IMG/VR virus record: IMGVR_UViG_3300049137_000157
Span: 64,001 to 128,000 of that record
From: a virus
Length of the DNA stretch: 64,000 nucleotides
Reading direction: 5' to 3' (one strand)
Shown here: positions 45,081 through 55,161 of the stretch, piece after piece
How positions within the stretch are numbered: position 1 is the first letter of the stretch
Layout: the number at the start of each line of letters is the position of its first letter
Notes under the pieces: model-generated
Database searches by the model: none
What the model was told of the DNA's origin: nothing
What the model saw: the letters and a program-made list of their open reading frames with translations, nothing else
Program-made: the position numbers and the translations under genes

Positions 45081-48000
45081 TCACCCCGACCCGCTGATCG
45101 TCGCCGCGTAAGCCAAGGACCGGTTGATCGTCGTGGACGTCGGCTCGGCCTGCGGGTACTGGTTGGTGATGTAGAAGGTCGTCGACGGGCCTGCCTGTTG
45201 CATCTGCGGCAGTCCGGCCAGATACGTCGACACCGATTCCGGCGGCATCTCCCGGACGAGGGACCGGGTCATCCGGGTCCCGCCGTCGTCACTGGAGAGG
45301 GTCACCGGGTTGTATTGCGGAGTGGCCGACTCGGACAGGTTGGAGAAGAAGTTCTTCAGCCCGGAGCCGCCGCCCCGGTTGATCATTTCCAGCAGTGCGC
45401 CGTACCGCTTCGCCGAGGCCGCGTTCACGACGAACTCACCGTTGGAGAGCATCATCGGAATCGAGTCGGACCTCGGACCGCCCGGCCCGTAGATCCAGCC
45501 ACCCGTCGCCGCCTGGCCCACCTTGGGCCCCGACGGCGGCTTGTTCTGCTGATAGTAGAAATACCCCACCCGAACCGTAGCGCTCCGCGTCAGGGCGCGC
45601 TGGATGCGCCCACCGGCCGTCTGGGCGGCCTGCACGATGCCGCCGAGCTGGCCCTTGAATGCTGCGACGTTCGCCAGTGTGACGCGGCCCTTCGGGTCGA
45701 GCTGGCCCTTGTTCGCCCGAGCGACCGCGTCCTTCAGGCCCTGGAGCAGTGCTTTGAACTCGTCGTCGTCGAGGTCGCCACTGCCGTCGACGTCGAACTT
45801 GCCGACAGCCTCCTCGCCCATGATCAGCAGGGCCAGGTTCTCCATCTGCTGCCGGTACTTCTCGTCGTGGAGCTGAGCGTCTCCCTTGGGGTTCAGCAGA
45901 CCCTGGCCCTCGGTGCTCGCGAGGAACTGCGTCAGGGCGAGGACCTTGGCCCGGAACTCTTCGTCGCTGAAGGCACCCTTGCCGTCCGCGTCCAGACGGC
46001 GTTCCAGCTTCAGCGCGTCGAGTTCACCGACCAAACGGGTGAGCTGCCAGTGGAAGAGGCGGGCGTCCAGGGTGGCGAGGCCCTTCGCGTCGAGCTTCCC
46101 GGACGCCTTCGCCTCGGCGATGATCTGCTGGAGCTTCCCGATGTCGAGTCGCGCCTTGATCATGTCGATCGCGATCTCGGGGGAGATCTTCAGCTTGTCG
46201 ACGTAGTAGATGTAGCGTTCGACCTCGCGCAGGCTGTTGAATGCCTCGACGTCGTTCGCCGACAGGGTGATCTCGACCTTCGAGTCCTTCAGCTTCCCGA
46301 TGATCTTCTGGTACTGGTCGGACACGTAGGCGAATTCCTCTGCGGTCTCCGCTTTGTTCACCAGGTTGCCGAAGGTGTTGGAGATCGCTGTCCGCATGTT
46401 CAGGCTGGCATTCTCGACCTTGCCCGAGTTCGCGATGATCGAGGTGGCCAGTTCGTTGACAGCGTCAGACCCGATCGCCCGGAGGCGGGGAGCCAGCTCC
46501 TCCATCTCGGCGGCCGACAGATTCGCCAGTTCCTCGACGGCCGGAGCGGCCTCCGGACCCAGCTTGCGGAACTGCTCCGCGATGTCCGGACCGAGGGTCG
46601 AGGCGATACGGATCAGGTTGGTCGACCAGTCCCGCTGCGCCTCTGCAATTTTCTCCAGTTGATCGAGGTACAGGTCCAGGCTGGCGCGTGAGTTCAGGGA
46701 GAACTTCTCGATCGCGTCCTCGGCCCCCGGGAACGCCGCCTCGGCCGCAGCCTTGAAGGCGTCCATCGGGCCGCCGAACCCCTCCAAGGACTTCGACAGC
46801 TCATCGATCACGGCCTTGGCGTCTTCGGCGCTCAGATCAAGATCTTCGAGAGACGCCGTGGTCAGCTTGATGGCCCCCGACGCCGAGCCGATCTCCTTGC
46901 CGGTCGAGCTGTACGCCTCTCCAAGCAGCGAGGCCGCAATCTCGTTCTTGGTGAACTCGCCCTCCTGCGCGATCAGCGTCGTCCGGAGGGCCTCAAGGAA
47001 TCCCTTCAGCCGCTGGGCGGCAGCCGCCTCGTTGCTGAGCTGTTCGGCGAACTCACCCTTCATGCCACCGGGCATGTAGTTGTCCGCCGTGGCGCTGACC
47101 TTGGTGATGGCCGCGTCGAGTTCGTCGAGCGCACCCTGCGGATCGGTCATGGACCGCTTCAGCAGCTCACCCACATTGAGGCCGGACTTGCCGAGCTGGT
47201 CCAGGGCGTCGGCACTGATCTTGCTGCCGTTGGCGAGCTTGGAAGAGCCGACAGCGGCCTCCGCCGTCGACCGGAGCCACGCTGCGGCCTGCTCGCCGAG
47301 AACCATCGTGTTCTCGCTGAGCGCCTGGGTGTTCTTGCGGATGACCCCTTCGGCCTTCTCCCATTCGGCCACGTAACCTGCGGCAGCCCGAGCAGATTCC
47401 CCGGTCCCCTTGGCCTGCTCACGCAGACTGCTGATAGAGGAGTTCGCCGTCTCAATGGCGATCTGCTCCGCCCTCGCACGGGCGATGGCGTTCTCGGCGG
47501 CCTCACGGTCCTTGGTGGAGGCGTTCTCCTTGGAGACCGTCAGGGTGCGATACGCGCCGATGCCCCGGAGAGCCTCGGCGGACCCACTGGCGACGGCAGC
47601 GTTGTACTTCTCCTGGCCTCCGGCCGCCTTGATCGCGGCCTCCGTGTCAGCACGGATTGCGTTGCCCAGCGCTTTCGTGCCGCCGGTCGCCTCAAGAGCT
47701 GCCTTGGAGATCTTCTCGGCCTCGCTCGTGAACAGGCCCATGCTTGCGATGGTCGGGCCGAAAATCAGAGCCAACGTGGTCAGGGCGATGCCCCACGGGC
47801 CGAAGGCGATCGAAGCCGCCCTGGCGGCCATGCCGGTCGCACCGATGGACCCCGCCGCACGACCCGACTGCACGGCAGCCGCCGAGATGGCAGCCGAGGT
47901 GGCGACACTCTGAGTGGCCAGACTCCTCTGTCCAATGGTGGCCTGAGCGGCGGCGGTGGTCTGCTGACGCAGGGAATTGGCCGAGGCGAAGGTGCCCGAC

Positions 48001-50585
48001 ACCAAGGCGGTCTGTCGCTGCGCCACCTGAGTGACAGCCTGACCCTGCTGCCGCAAGGCGTTGCCCGAGGCCGTGGCTCCCGCCGCCAGAACGGCCTGCT
48101 GCTGCGCGACCAAATGAGTGGCCTGCGCCTGGCGTTGGAAAGATCCTCCGGTCAGGGCGACCGCGTTCGTCAGACCCCGGGATGCCGCAGTTGCGACTGC
48201 CGAAGCTGTTGCCTGCTGCATCAAGGCGTTGGTCGCCTGGCTCGTGGCCAGGGCGTAAGCGCGGGCACCTGGAACGGCGGTGACCGTTGCCCGATTCTGG
48301 GCGAGGATGCTGGCGGTGTACCGAGCCGAATTCGTAGCCGCTTGTTGGTTCACCGTCAGGTTCTGCATGTAAGCCGAAGTGGCGACCCGTGTCGCGGCGG
48401 CCACTCGGCCCTGCGCGGCAACCTGAGACGCCATGGCCTGGCTGCTGGCGGTCTGCGCCGTGTTGAGTCGCCCCTGTGCGGCGGCGGCGGCGGGAAGGCC
48501 GTCGCGATAGATCGTCATGGCGTCCCGCATGCGCAGGGTCGTCGTGCCGAGAGTGGCCATCACCTCCCGGGATGCGATGGCGGCAGTGATGGCCTTCGCC
48601 GAGGCGATCCGCCACACCAGCCAGGCCGCAGCGCCCGCCGTTGCGGCCGTGGCGACCGAGCCGAGGATTCCGGCGATCGGACCCAGCTCGCCAACGAACT
48701 CGACAACCTCGGACAGGGCACCCGCAACCGTGCCGACTGCCTGACCGAGCGGTCCGCCCAGAATTGCCAGGGTGTTCTGGAAGGAGTCACCCAGGTTCTG
48801 GATCTCGGCGGCCGTGGTCTCGTAGATACCCTTGGACTGGCGCATCAGCTCGGAGCCCTTGGCGTACTCTTCGTCCGCTCGGCTGAACGACTCCCGGACG
48901 ATGTCGACGTTGTTCGCCAGACGCGAGAACACGTCGATGTCACGGACTGCGTTCACGCCGAGTTCGCGCAGAACACCTTGAACTTCGCCACCAGCTCCGG
49001 CGGCCCGAGACAGACCTTCCACGAACGTCAGGAAGAATCCACCGGGGTCCGTCTTGTACAGCTTCTTGGCCTCCTCGGACGTGATGCCCATGACGGTCGA
49101 GAGTTTGGCCACTTCGGTAGAGCTGCCGTTGACGGCAGTGCTGAGCTGGTTGAAGACACGTGTCAGGGCACCACGTGACAGCTCCGGGCGGACCTGAAGA
49201 GACGCCAGCGCTGCGGAGAGACCGGCCGTCTCCTGCTTGGTCAGTCCGAACAGGTTGGACACCGTGGCGATCGAGCTGTTGATCCGCAGGATCTCCTGGT
49301 CGGTGGCCACCGACGCCGTACCCAGCGCAAGGATTGCCGAGCCGAGCTGTTCCATCTCCGAGATCGGCACGTCCTGCATCTGCGCGATACGGCCGAGCAG
49401 CAGAGTCGCCTCGTCGGCGGACACCCCGGTCGTCAACGAGAAACGGACGATGGTGTCCGTGAAGTTTTCGAGCTGCTGAGTGGAGATGCCGATCTGCGCA
49501 CCGAGCTGACCGATGCGGGACACTTCCTCGAAGGAGATCGGCGCGTTGGCGGCGATGTCCTGGAAGGCCCGCTTCAGCCCCTGTGTCTCTTCTTCTGTGG
49601 CCACGATGACTCGGGCCACCTGGGCGAATGCCTGCTCCTGGGAGATGGCCGCCTGCGCCATCGCCAAAGGCAGATGGGAAATGATCTGGAGCAGCGACAT
49701 GAAGGACTGCTCCAGCTCGCCAACGGACGACCGCATGGCGTAGGACGACCTGGAGTACGAGGCGTTCGCCCCGGTCGCGGTGTTCGTCTGCATGGCCAGT
49801 CGCTGCCGGGACAGGGCCAGCCGTTCATCTTCCTGCGCCAGCCGCTGCGCCGCCTGAGCATGCTTCTCCCGGGCCTGCCGGAGCTTCTCCTCCTGGAGGG
49901 CGAGCTTGGAGGTGGCTTCCAGGGCCTTGAGGCGAGCCAATTCGGCCTTCTGTTCGGCCGCCGCCGCGTTCTGGGTGATCTGGGCCATGGTTCGCTGCAC
50001 TCCTGCGAGCCGGGTGACCACAGCCGCCATCCGCTCGTACAGCGTGATGGTGCGCGAGAGTCGGGCGTACTCCTTCTCGCCCATGCCCTGAACACTCGAC
50101 AGGGCATTGCGTAGCCCCGTGAAGGCTTTCTCCACGCCTTTGGAGGTCTGGCCCATCTTCCCTTGGGCCTGAGAAAGTGTGGAGACAATCGTCGCCAGGT
50201 TCTTGTACAGAGCCATCGTCCGCTGCATCTCGGCGGACTGCGCCCGGGACGTGCCGTTGACCGTCCCCATGATGGTGTTCAGGGCGGTGAGCGCCTGGGC
50301 CATCCGCTTGGACCCGCGCTCGATTTCCTTCTTCTTCTGCGGCAAGTTACTGATGGCAGATGCGTAATTGCCGACCGTGCTGATGAGCGAGTTGTAGACC
50401 GAAAGAGACTTACGCAGTTCCGCAGCGGTCTGCTTTTCGACCTTGGCGACACTGCCCATGACGTTGTTCAGGTTCTGGAATATTCGCTCCATGTGGCCAC
50501 CGGCTTTGGTGATGGCCTGGGAACCCTGAGCAAACGAGCGGAGGTCCAGGTTGATCCGAGCAGTTGCGTCGAACCGCGTGGCCAC
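45081..50585 (-). CDS. Tape measure protein
   Basis: 1834 aa Ala-rich helical protein with TP901-type core (FAQVARV...F.EVSRIGQLGAQIGI) and C-terminal ATGGWIYGPG...DSIP.MLSNGEFVVNA. Confidence 0.95.
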   Translation of the reverse strand: MATRFDATARINLDLRSFAQGSQAITKAGGHMERIFQNLNNVMGSVAKVEKQTAAELRKSLSVYNSLISTVGNYASAISNLPQKKKEIERGSKRMAQALTALNTIMGTVNGTSRAQSAEMQRTMALYKNLATIVSTLSQAQGKMGQTSKGVEKAFTGLRNALSSVQGMGEKEYARLSRTITLYERMAAVVTRLAGVQRTMAQITQNAAAAEQKAELARLKALEATSKLALQEEKLRQAREKHAQAAQRLAQEDERLALSRQRLAMQTNTATGANASYSRSSYAMRSSVGELEQSFMSLLQIISHLPLAMAQAAISQEQAFAQVARVIVATEEETQGLKRAFQDIAANAPISFEEVSRIGQLGAQIGISTQQLENFTDTIVRFSLTTGVSADEATLLLGRIAQMQDVPISEMEQLGSAILALGTASVATDQEILRINSSIATVSNLFGLTKQETAGLSAALASLQVRPELSRGALTRVFNQLSTAVNGSSTEVAKLSTVMGITSEEAKKLYKTDPGGFFLTFVEGLSRAAGAGGEVQGVLRELGVNAVRDIDVFSRLANNVDIVRESFSRADEEYAKGSELMRQSKGIYETTAAEIQNLGDSFQNTLAILGGPLGQAVGTVAGALSEVVEFVGELGPIAGILGSVATAATAGAAAWLVWRIASAKAITAAIASREVMATLGTTTLRMRDAMTIYRDGLPAAAAAQGRLNTAQTASSQAMASQVAAQGRVAAATRVATSAYMQNLTVNQQAATNSARYTASILAQNRATVTAVPGARAYALATSQATNALMQQATASAVATAASRGLTNAVALTGGSFQRQAQATHLVAQQQAVLAAGATASGNALRQQGQAVTQVAQRQTALVSGTFASANSLRQQTTAAAQATIGQRSLATQSVATSAAISAAAVQSGRAAGSIGATGMAARAASIAFGPWGIALTTLALIFGPTIASMGLFTSEAEKISKAALEATGGTKALGNAIRADTEAAIKAAGGQEKYNAAVASGSAEALRGIGAYRTLTVSKENASTKDREAAENAIARARAEQIAIETANSSISSLREQAKGTGESARAAAGYVAEWEKAEGVIRKNTQALSENTMVLGEQAAAWLRSTAEAAVGSSKLANGSKISADALDQLGKSGLNVGELLKRSMTDPQGALDELDAAITKVSATADNYMPGGMKGEFAEQLSNEAAAAQRLKGFLEALRTTLIAQEGEFTKNEIAASLLGEAYSSTGKEIGSASGAIKLTTASLEDLDLSAEDAKAVIDELSKSLEGFGGPMDAFKAAAEAAFPGAEDAIEKFSLNSRASLDLYLDQLEKIAEAQRDWSTNLIRIASTLGPDIAEQFRKLGPEAAPAVEELANLSAAEMEELAPRLRAIGSDAVNELATSIIANSGKVENASLNMRTAISNTFGNLVNKAETAEEFAYVSDQYQKIIGKLKDSKVEITLSANDVEAFNSLREVERYIYYVDKLKISPEIAIDMIKARLDIGKLQQIIAEAKASGKLDAKGLATLDARLFHWQLTRLVGELDALKLERRLDADGKGAFSDEEFRAKVLALTQFLASTEGQGLLNPKGDAQLHDEKYRQQMENLALLIMGEEAVGKFDVDGSGDLDDDEFKALLQGLKDAVARANKGQLDPKGRVTLANVAAFKGQLGGIVQAAQTAGGRIQRALTRSATVRVGYFYYQQNKPPSGPKVGQAATGGWIYGPGGPRSDSIPMMLSNGEFVVNAASAKRYGALLEMINRGGGSGLKNFFSNLSESATPQYNPVTLSSDDGGTRMTRSLVREMPPESVSTYLAGLPQMQQAGPSTTFYITNQYPQAEPTSTTINRSLAYAATISGSG

Positions 50586-50594
50586 CTGAACCTC

Positions 50595-51047
50595 CTAATC
50601 CGGCATGTCGTTTTGATATGCGTGCACGCGAGAAGGAAGTCTGTACTCCTCGCCCCACACACTACGGGGATTCACATAGCGAGTCTCGCCCTTCATTCGC
50701 TGACGTCCGCCCCGATTCCTCTCCATGTCCTCCCGGTCGCGCTCAAGTTCTGCGCACCCGTAACAGACCGAGGATTTCATGTCGAAGACGATTTCATTGT
50801 TCGTGGAATGGCCGATCCAGGCCGGAGTCCCACAGCTCTTGCAGGTCTCTTCTTCCAGAATCGTCAGGGCGGTGGCGAGTTTCCGATTCCGCTCGTCCGA
50901 CCAGTCAGACGGCCTCCCGGTCAGCATCTGGAGCGGGGGAATCCCCCAGGCTCTGGCTGTCTTCAGTACGGGCCTCAACCAACTTGACGTCTTCCACGTC
51001 AGAGCCTCCGCCAGGAAACCCGGCATCGAGCTTGCTGGCCCACTCAC
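50595..51047 (-). CDS. Tail assembly chaperone, GT-like second part
   Basis: L.TARAWGIPP......WSD..RKLA.AL...E...C..CG.P.W; overlaps the upstream chaperone ORF by 143 bp. Confidence 0.75.
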   Translation of the reverse strand: MSGPASSMPGFLAEALTWKTSSWLRPVLKTARAWGIPPLQMLTGRPSDWSDERNRKLATALTILEEETCKSCGTPAWIGHSTNNEIVFDMKSSVCYGCAELERDREDMERNRGGRQRMKGETRYVNPRSVWGEEYRLPSRVHAYQNDMPD

Positions 51048-51705
51048 GCGAGGCCGACAGGCCCGTGCCCACCGACTCCATCAGTCGGACCATCTCGGAG
51101 GAGATCAGCTTGCGCATCAGCTTCTCGGCACCCTGCGGGGTGGGCGGGGCCACCACCCGGCCGTCGGACAGCGTCATGCGGATGCAGAAGTGCGAGATCT
51201 GCGCGGCCAGGGTGTACCGGGTCCGCGCGGTCATGTATTCGAGATCGTCCTCGGAGGCGTTCTTGTAGTTCGGGTGGTCGTGGAGGAATTTCCGAGCTGC
51301 CGCCCGGGTCACCTCACCCAGTTCCTCGGACGTCTTGACCTGGAACGTCAGCTTGATGGCCGTGGAGAGGATCTTCACTCGCAGCTCATCCTTGCGCTTC
51401 TGGAGCTGCTCGATCTCGGAGGTGATCGTGTCGCGGTCGTTCAAGTACTGGTCCAGGACCGGGTCGACGAGACCGCTGGCGGGGCTGTTCGACCGGTCGG
51501 ATATGACCTTGTCGAGCTTGTCCAGTTCCTCGACGAGGTCGTCCAGGGTGTCGGACACATCGGCCAGTTCGGCACCGCTGCGCTGGTCGATGTAGGCAAC
51601 GTGATCGAACTCGGGGAAGGTCGACTTTCCTTCGAGGTAGTCCTCGAAATTGAAAGTGTCGGGACCGGGTTCCGGGGACCCGGTGACCGTGGTGTTCTCC
51701 GTCAT
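50905..51705 (-). CDS. Tail assembly chaperone (G-like)
   Basis: Located between major tail and tape measure genes; coiled-coil-rich. Confidence 0.8.
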   Translation of the reverse strand: MTENTTVTGSPEPGPDTFNFEDYLEGKSTFPEFDHVAYIDQRSGAELADVSDTLDDLVEELDKLDKVISDRSNSPASGLVDPVLDQYLNDRDTITSEIEQLQKRKDELRVKILSTAIKLTFQVKTSEELGEVTRAAARKFLHDHPNYKNASEDDLEYMTARTRYTLAAQISHFCIRMTLSDGRVVAPPTPQGAEKLMRKLISSEMVRLMESVGTGLSASREWASKLDAGFPGGGSDVEDVKLVEARTEDSQSLGDSPAPDADREAV

Positions 51706-51731
51706 GGAATTTCCCGTTCCTTGGAGGTGGA

Positions 51732-52298
51732 TCAGCTAGCGAGAGCGCCGACCTGAACCAGGCCGTCGGACGAAACGCCCTGGGGGTAGAAAGTCGGCTG
51801 GAGCTGGAGAGGGGCGGACGCGTCGGTGATGACGTTCGGGTCACCGGAAAGGAACTTGAAAACGGTGACCCAGTCACCGTCGACGATGTTCGGGTTCCGG
51901 ACCGGGTGCTTGGAAATCCGCTGCACCAGGTAGCCCTGACGAAGGGGCTTCTTGAACAGACGCATCACATCGTTGTAGATGGACTCGTCCACCTTGTTCG
52001 GGTCCTGGTCGACGAAAATGTTGAGCTGACCCTCATAGTTCTTGGCGGTCGGGTTGGCCACATTCGAGTCGTCACACAAACCACGGGTGTCGTCGGTGTC
52101 ACGCTCCGTCCAGCCGAGCGTGAGATCGGTGGTCAGGGCACACGTGATGTTCAGGCCCGCGTTGATTTCGGCGGCCGTCGGAGCATCGACGTTGACTATC
52201 CCCTCGCCGTAGACCCCCTCGTATCCGAGAGTGGTCTGGTCGCCGTCATCGACCCAGAAGATCGAGATGTTCGGCGGTAGTGCCTTCACTGCTGCCAT
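51732..52298 (-). CDS. Major tail (tube) protein
   Basis: APTAAEINAG.NITCAL motif of actinophage tail tubes; RBS AAGGAG; canonical position. Confidence 0.85.
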   Translation of the reverse strand: MAAVKALPPNISIFWVDDGDQTTLGYEGVYGEGIVNVDAPTAAEINAGLNITCALTTDLTLGWTERDTDDTRGLCDDSNVANPTAKNYEGQLNIFVDQDPNKVDESIYNDVMRLFKKPLRQGYLVQRISKHPVRNPNIVDGDWVTVFKFLSGDPNVITDASAPLQLQPTFYPQGVSSDGLVQVGALAS

Positions 52299-52345
52299 CG
52301 AGATCTCCTTGCATACGACGTCGTTGATCTCGAAGCTGATATTAA

Positions 52346-52394
52346 CGACGAAAAGGCCCCCTCCGTGAATGTCTTAGAGAGGGCCTTTTCGTCG
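52346..52394. terminator. Strong hairpin between the tail terminator gene and the major tail gene
   Basis: CGACGAAAAGGCCC...GGGCCTTTTCGTCG, with T-runs available on both strands. Confidence 0.75.
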
Positions 52395-52452
52395 AGAAGG
52401 ACGTCAGGCGAAACCCGGTTTCCGAGTTCCCTTATTCAGTTCTTCGAATTAC

Positions 52453-52956
52453 TCAGGAATTACCAGCCGAGATAGGCGGATTCGGTGAAGTGCTGGTCCG
52501 GCCCACCGCGATGACTCCGGTCCACCCGACCGAAAGATAGAACCTGCGAGTGTCGCCGATTCCCACCAGATACGGGTCCCGGACCGTGCCGGAACCGGCC
52601 TCGGTCAGCTCACCCAGGCCCACCGGCTGATACCCGGTCAGCAGATCCCGGACCGCCTGCGCCAACTGAAGAGCCGACAGGCCGGACGGTGCGACGTTCT
52701 GCACAAGGAAGGACGCCTGCTTCACCACGCTGTCACCACCCGTTCCGCAGAGGTCGGTCATCCCGTTCGATCCGCCATAGGTCGCCATGTCGTACGCCTG
52801 GCCGAACCACAGGATCAGAGACGGCTTGAAGAACGCGGACGGGTCCTTGACCACGTCGACGTTCTCGGTGATGCCCTCCAGGTAGACCGGGGTGTTGGGC
52901 AGCCCCTCCTCCAGTCGCCGTTTCACGTCGAGCTGCCAGTCGAGCAGTGTCGGCAT
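52453..52956 (-). CDS. Tail terminator / tail completion protein
   Basis: 167 aa directly upstream of the major tail gene; ...VRDLLTGYQP motif. Confidence 0.7.
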   Translation of the reverse strand: MPTLLDWQLDVKRRLEEGLPNTPVYLEGITENVDVVKDPSAFFKPSLILWFGQAYDMATYGGSNGMTDLCGTGGDSVVKQASFLVQNVAPSGLSALQLAQAVRDLLTGYQPVGLGELTEAGSGTVRDPYLVGIGDTRRFYLSVGWTGVIAVGRTSTSPNPPISAGNS

Positions 52957-52968
52957 ACTCTTCCCCTC

Positions 52969-53376
52969 CTACTTGAGCCGGGCCTGAAGCTCGGCGACCA
53001 CCTGCGTGTAGCCGTTCAACACGGCCTTCATCGCGGTGATGCCGTTCTGCGTGCCGAACTCCTGGAAGGGCGCGTAGTAGGGGGCCAGCTCCTCCCAGCC
53101 GAACGTGATCTTCAGGATGTCGGTGCCGAAGTCGCCCGTTCCCGTGACCTGGCGCTTCATCGATCCGGTATCCACACGGGACCGCGCCCGGACAAGACCC
53201 TCGCCACGACGCCGCGCATTCGACATATCCAGCACCAGCCGCTGTCGGGTCTGGTTCAGATGGTTGACCACGAACGCGGACAGCCCCGTGTTCTGAGCGC
53301 TGCGGATGCTCCCGCCCCGGTAGTACCGGTAGGAGCTGCCAAACTGGTAGTTGTACTTGAACTCCACGTACGCCAT
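52969..53376 (-). CDS. HK97 gp10-like neck/tail component
   Basis: ARSRVDTGSMK and YAPFQEFGT motifs. Confidence 0.8.
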   Translation of the reverse strand: MAYVEFKYNYQFGSSYRYYRGGSIRSAQNTGLSAFVVNHLNQTRQRLVLDMSNARRRGEGLVRARSRVDTGSMKRQVTGTGDFGTDILKITFGWEELAPYYAPFQEFGTQNGITAMKAVLNGYTQVVAELQARLK

Positions 53377-53388
53377 GAGGAACGCCTC

Positions 53389-54237
53389 CTAGATCTGGTA
53401 GACGCCCCCCAGTGCGCCGACCTCCAGTGTCGTCGAAAGATTGCTGTTGAGGTCCACGGTTTCATGGTCCTTGTGGGAGACGGCGTGAGCGTTCAGTTCC
53501 CCGGAGGACATGGCCAGAAGACGTTCGGCGCGTTCCACCAATGAACCTCCGGACAGGGGCCGACCCTGCCGGTTGTATCCGTAGAAGCCCGCGTGATAGG
53601 CCCGGGGCCGCGCGGTGTAGACCGTCACGCCACCCACGCCTTCCCTCACCCGGTTGACGAGACCGTCCTGCTCGGCGAACGGGGCGGGGATCGCACTCGA
53701 AGGAAACGTCCGGGTGCAGTAGCCGACCATGTTCCGGAAGTACGCCGGGACCGCGTGCTCCAGGACGAGTTCCACCGCTTTCGGCCTGAGGGATACCCCG
53801 AGAGACTGGTACGAGGGATGCGTGTACGCGGCCCCGTCGTCCATGGCGTTCTGATTCCGGCAGGCACTCACAGCGAAGGCGTCCGGCACCGCCCGGTGCA
53901 TGTCCTCGTGGAACGAGAAGTACGTCGCGGCGACGAAGATGTCCTCCTCGACCACGTGCAGGAGGTCCGGCTTAAAGGTCAGACAGTCCCGCATCCCCGT
54001 CAGCACGTTGTAGGAGTTGCCGTGGAAGCGGTGCGGAGGGACCTGCCGCAGGTGCAGCCCGGCAAAAGCGTCCGAGGAGGCGAACGCCTGAGCCGCCTCC
54101 ACGCACTCGGAACTGCCCGCACGGTCAAGGCTGACCACAACGTGCACGTCCTCGGCTCGGGCGGCCTGAAGGCGCGTCAGGCAGGCGTACAGCATGTCGG
54201 GTCTACGCCAGGCCGGAACGAGGACGACATGCTTCAC
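53389..54237 (-). CDS. GT-A fold glycosyltransferase
   Basis: VVLVPAWRRPDML..CL..L, VVVSLD and LLHVVEEDIFV (acidic metal-binding motif). Confidence 0.78.
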   Translation of the reverse strand: MKHVVLVPAWRRPDMLYACLTRLQAARAEDVHVVVSLDRAGSSECVEAAQAFASSDAFAGLHLRQVPPHRFHGNSYNVLTGMRDCLTFKPDLLHVVEEDIFVAATYFSFHEDMHRAVPDAFAVSACRNQNAMDDGAAYTHPSYQSLGVSLRPKAVELVLEHAVPAYFRNMVGYCTRTFPSSAIPAPFAEQDGLVNRVREGVGGVTVYTARPRAYHAGFYGYNRQGRPLSGGSLVERAERLLAMSSGELNAHAVSHKDHETVDLNSNLSTTLEVGALGGVYQI

Positions 54238-55142
54238 AGCTTCTCCAGCAGTTCGAGGGCCGTGTCCCGGAACGCATGATTGCGGACGAGGAAGTGCCTG
54301 CGGGCAAGACGTCCCATCTCCGAGCGGTCCTCCGGGGCGAGGGACGCAGCCCGGCGTACAGCTTCAGCGATCGAATCGGGGCCCGCCAACAGAAGATGCG
54401 ACTGATGATGCTTGGAGGGGCCTGTCGGGGCGTCTATCAGGAAACCCCAGCCCGGCCGGATGTGCTCGTTCATCGGGGATCCGTTGGTCGTGACGACCAC
54501 GGCCTCCGCCGACATGGCCTCGGTGATGTAGTGGCCCCAGCCCTCCGCCCTCGACGGGCACACGTGGATCTCCGCCTGGTTGATAAGGGTGTCCAGCTCC
54601 TCCACGCTGGGACTCACGACCAGCCGGACTCCGTACGGCACGGGCATGTCGTCCCGGGACACCACCGTGAGCGGGGGCAGATCGGGGTGGGCCCGCCAGG
54701 CTTCGAGGACCTGCATGGTCCCCTTCATGTCGGATTTCCCCCGGATGTGCAGGCACTCCAGACGACGGGGAACGGACCGGTCCATGCGGTCCTTCCCCAG
54801 GAAGCCCGTCATGTACGTCGTCCGGCTGCCGTGCCGGACGCAGGTGTTGTGCGCATCCCAGCCCTTGGCCCAGATCTGATCGAAGGCCGGAATGTAACGG
54901 AGCCACTCGCGGGGGTACCACTCCATGTTCGGAACGAGCACGTTCCGGTGTGCCCGCTTGGCGAGCGTCACGCTGACGAGTTCCAGATGGAACGCCGCGT
55001 CGGCCAGTTCCATCGTGCGCGACTTCCACGGCACAAAGCTGACCTGGTGTCCGGCGCTCTCGAAGAGATCGGTCAGCAGCTCGACATCCAGCGACAAACC
55101 CACCCCGTTGTCGTTGGTGAGCAGGGCTATCTTCAGGCCCAC
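54234..55142 (-). CDS. GT-B fold glycosyltransferase (GT4-like)
   Basis: VCPSRAEGWGHYITEAMSAEAVVVTT..SPMNEHI, the EX7E motif of GT4 enzymes. Confidence 0.88.
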   Translation of the reverse strand: MGLKIALLTNDNGVGLSLDVELLTDLFESAGHQVSFVPWKSRTMELADAAFHLELVSVTLAKRAHRNVLVPNMEWYPREWLRYIPAFDQIWAKGWDAHNTCVRHGSRTTYMTGFLGKDRMDRSVPRRLECLHIRGKSDMKGTMQVLEAWRAHPDLPPLTVVSRDDMPVPYGVRLVVSPSVEELDTLINQAEIHVCPSRAEGWGHYITEAMSAEAVVVTTNGSPMNEHIRPGWGFLIDAPTGPSKHHQSHLLLAGPDSIAEAVRRAASLAPEDRSEMGRLARRHFLVRNHAFRDTALELLEKL

Positions 55143-55161
55143 GTTCGGGCTCCTCCGTTCG

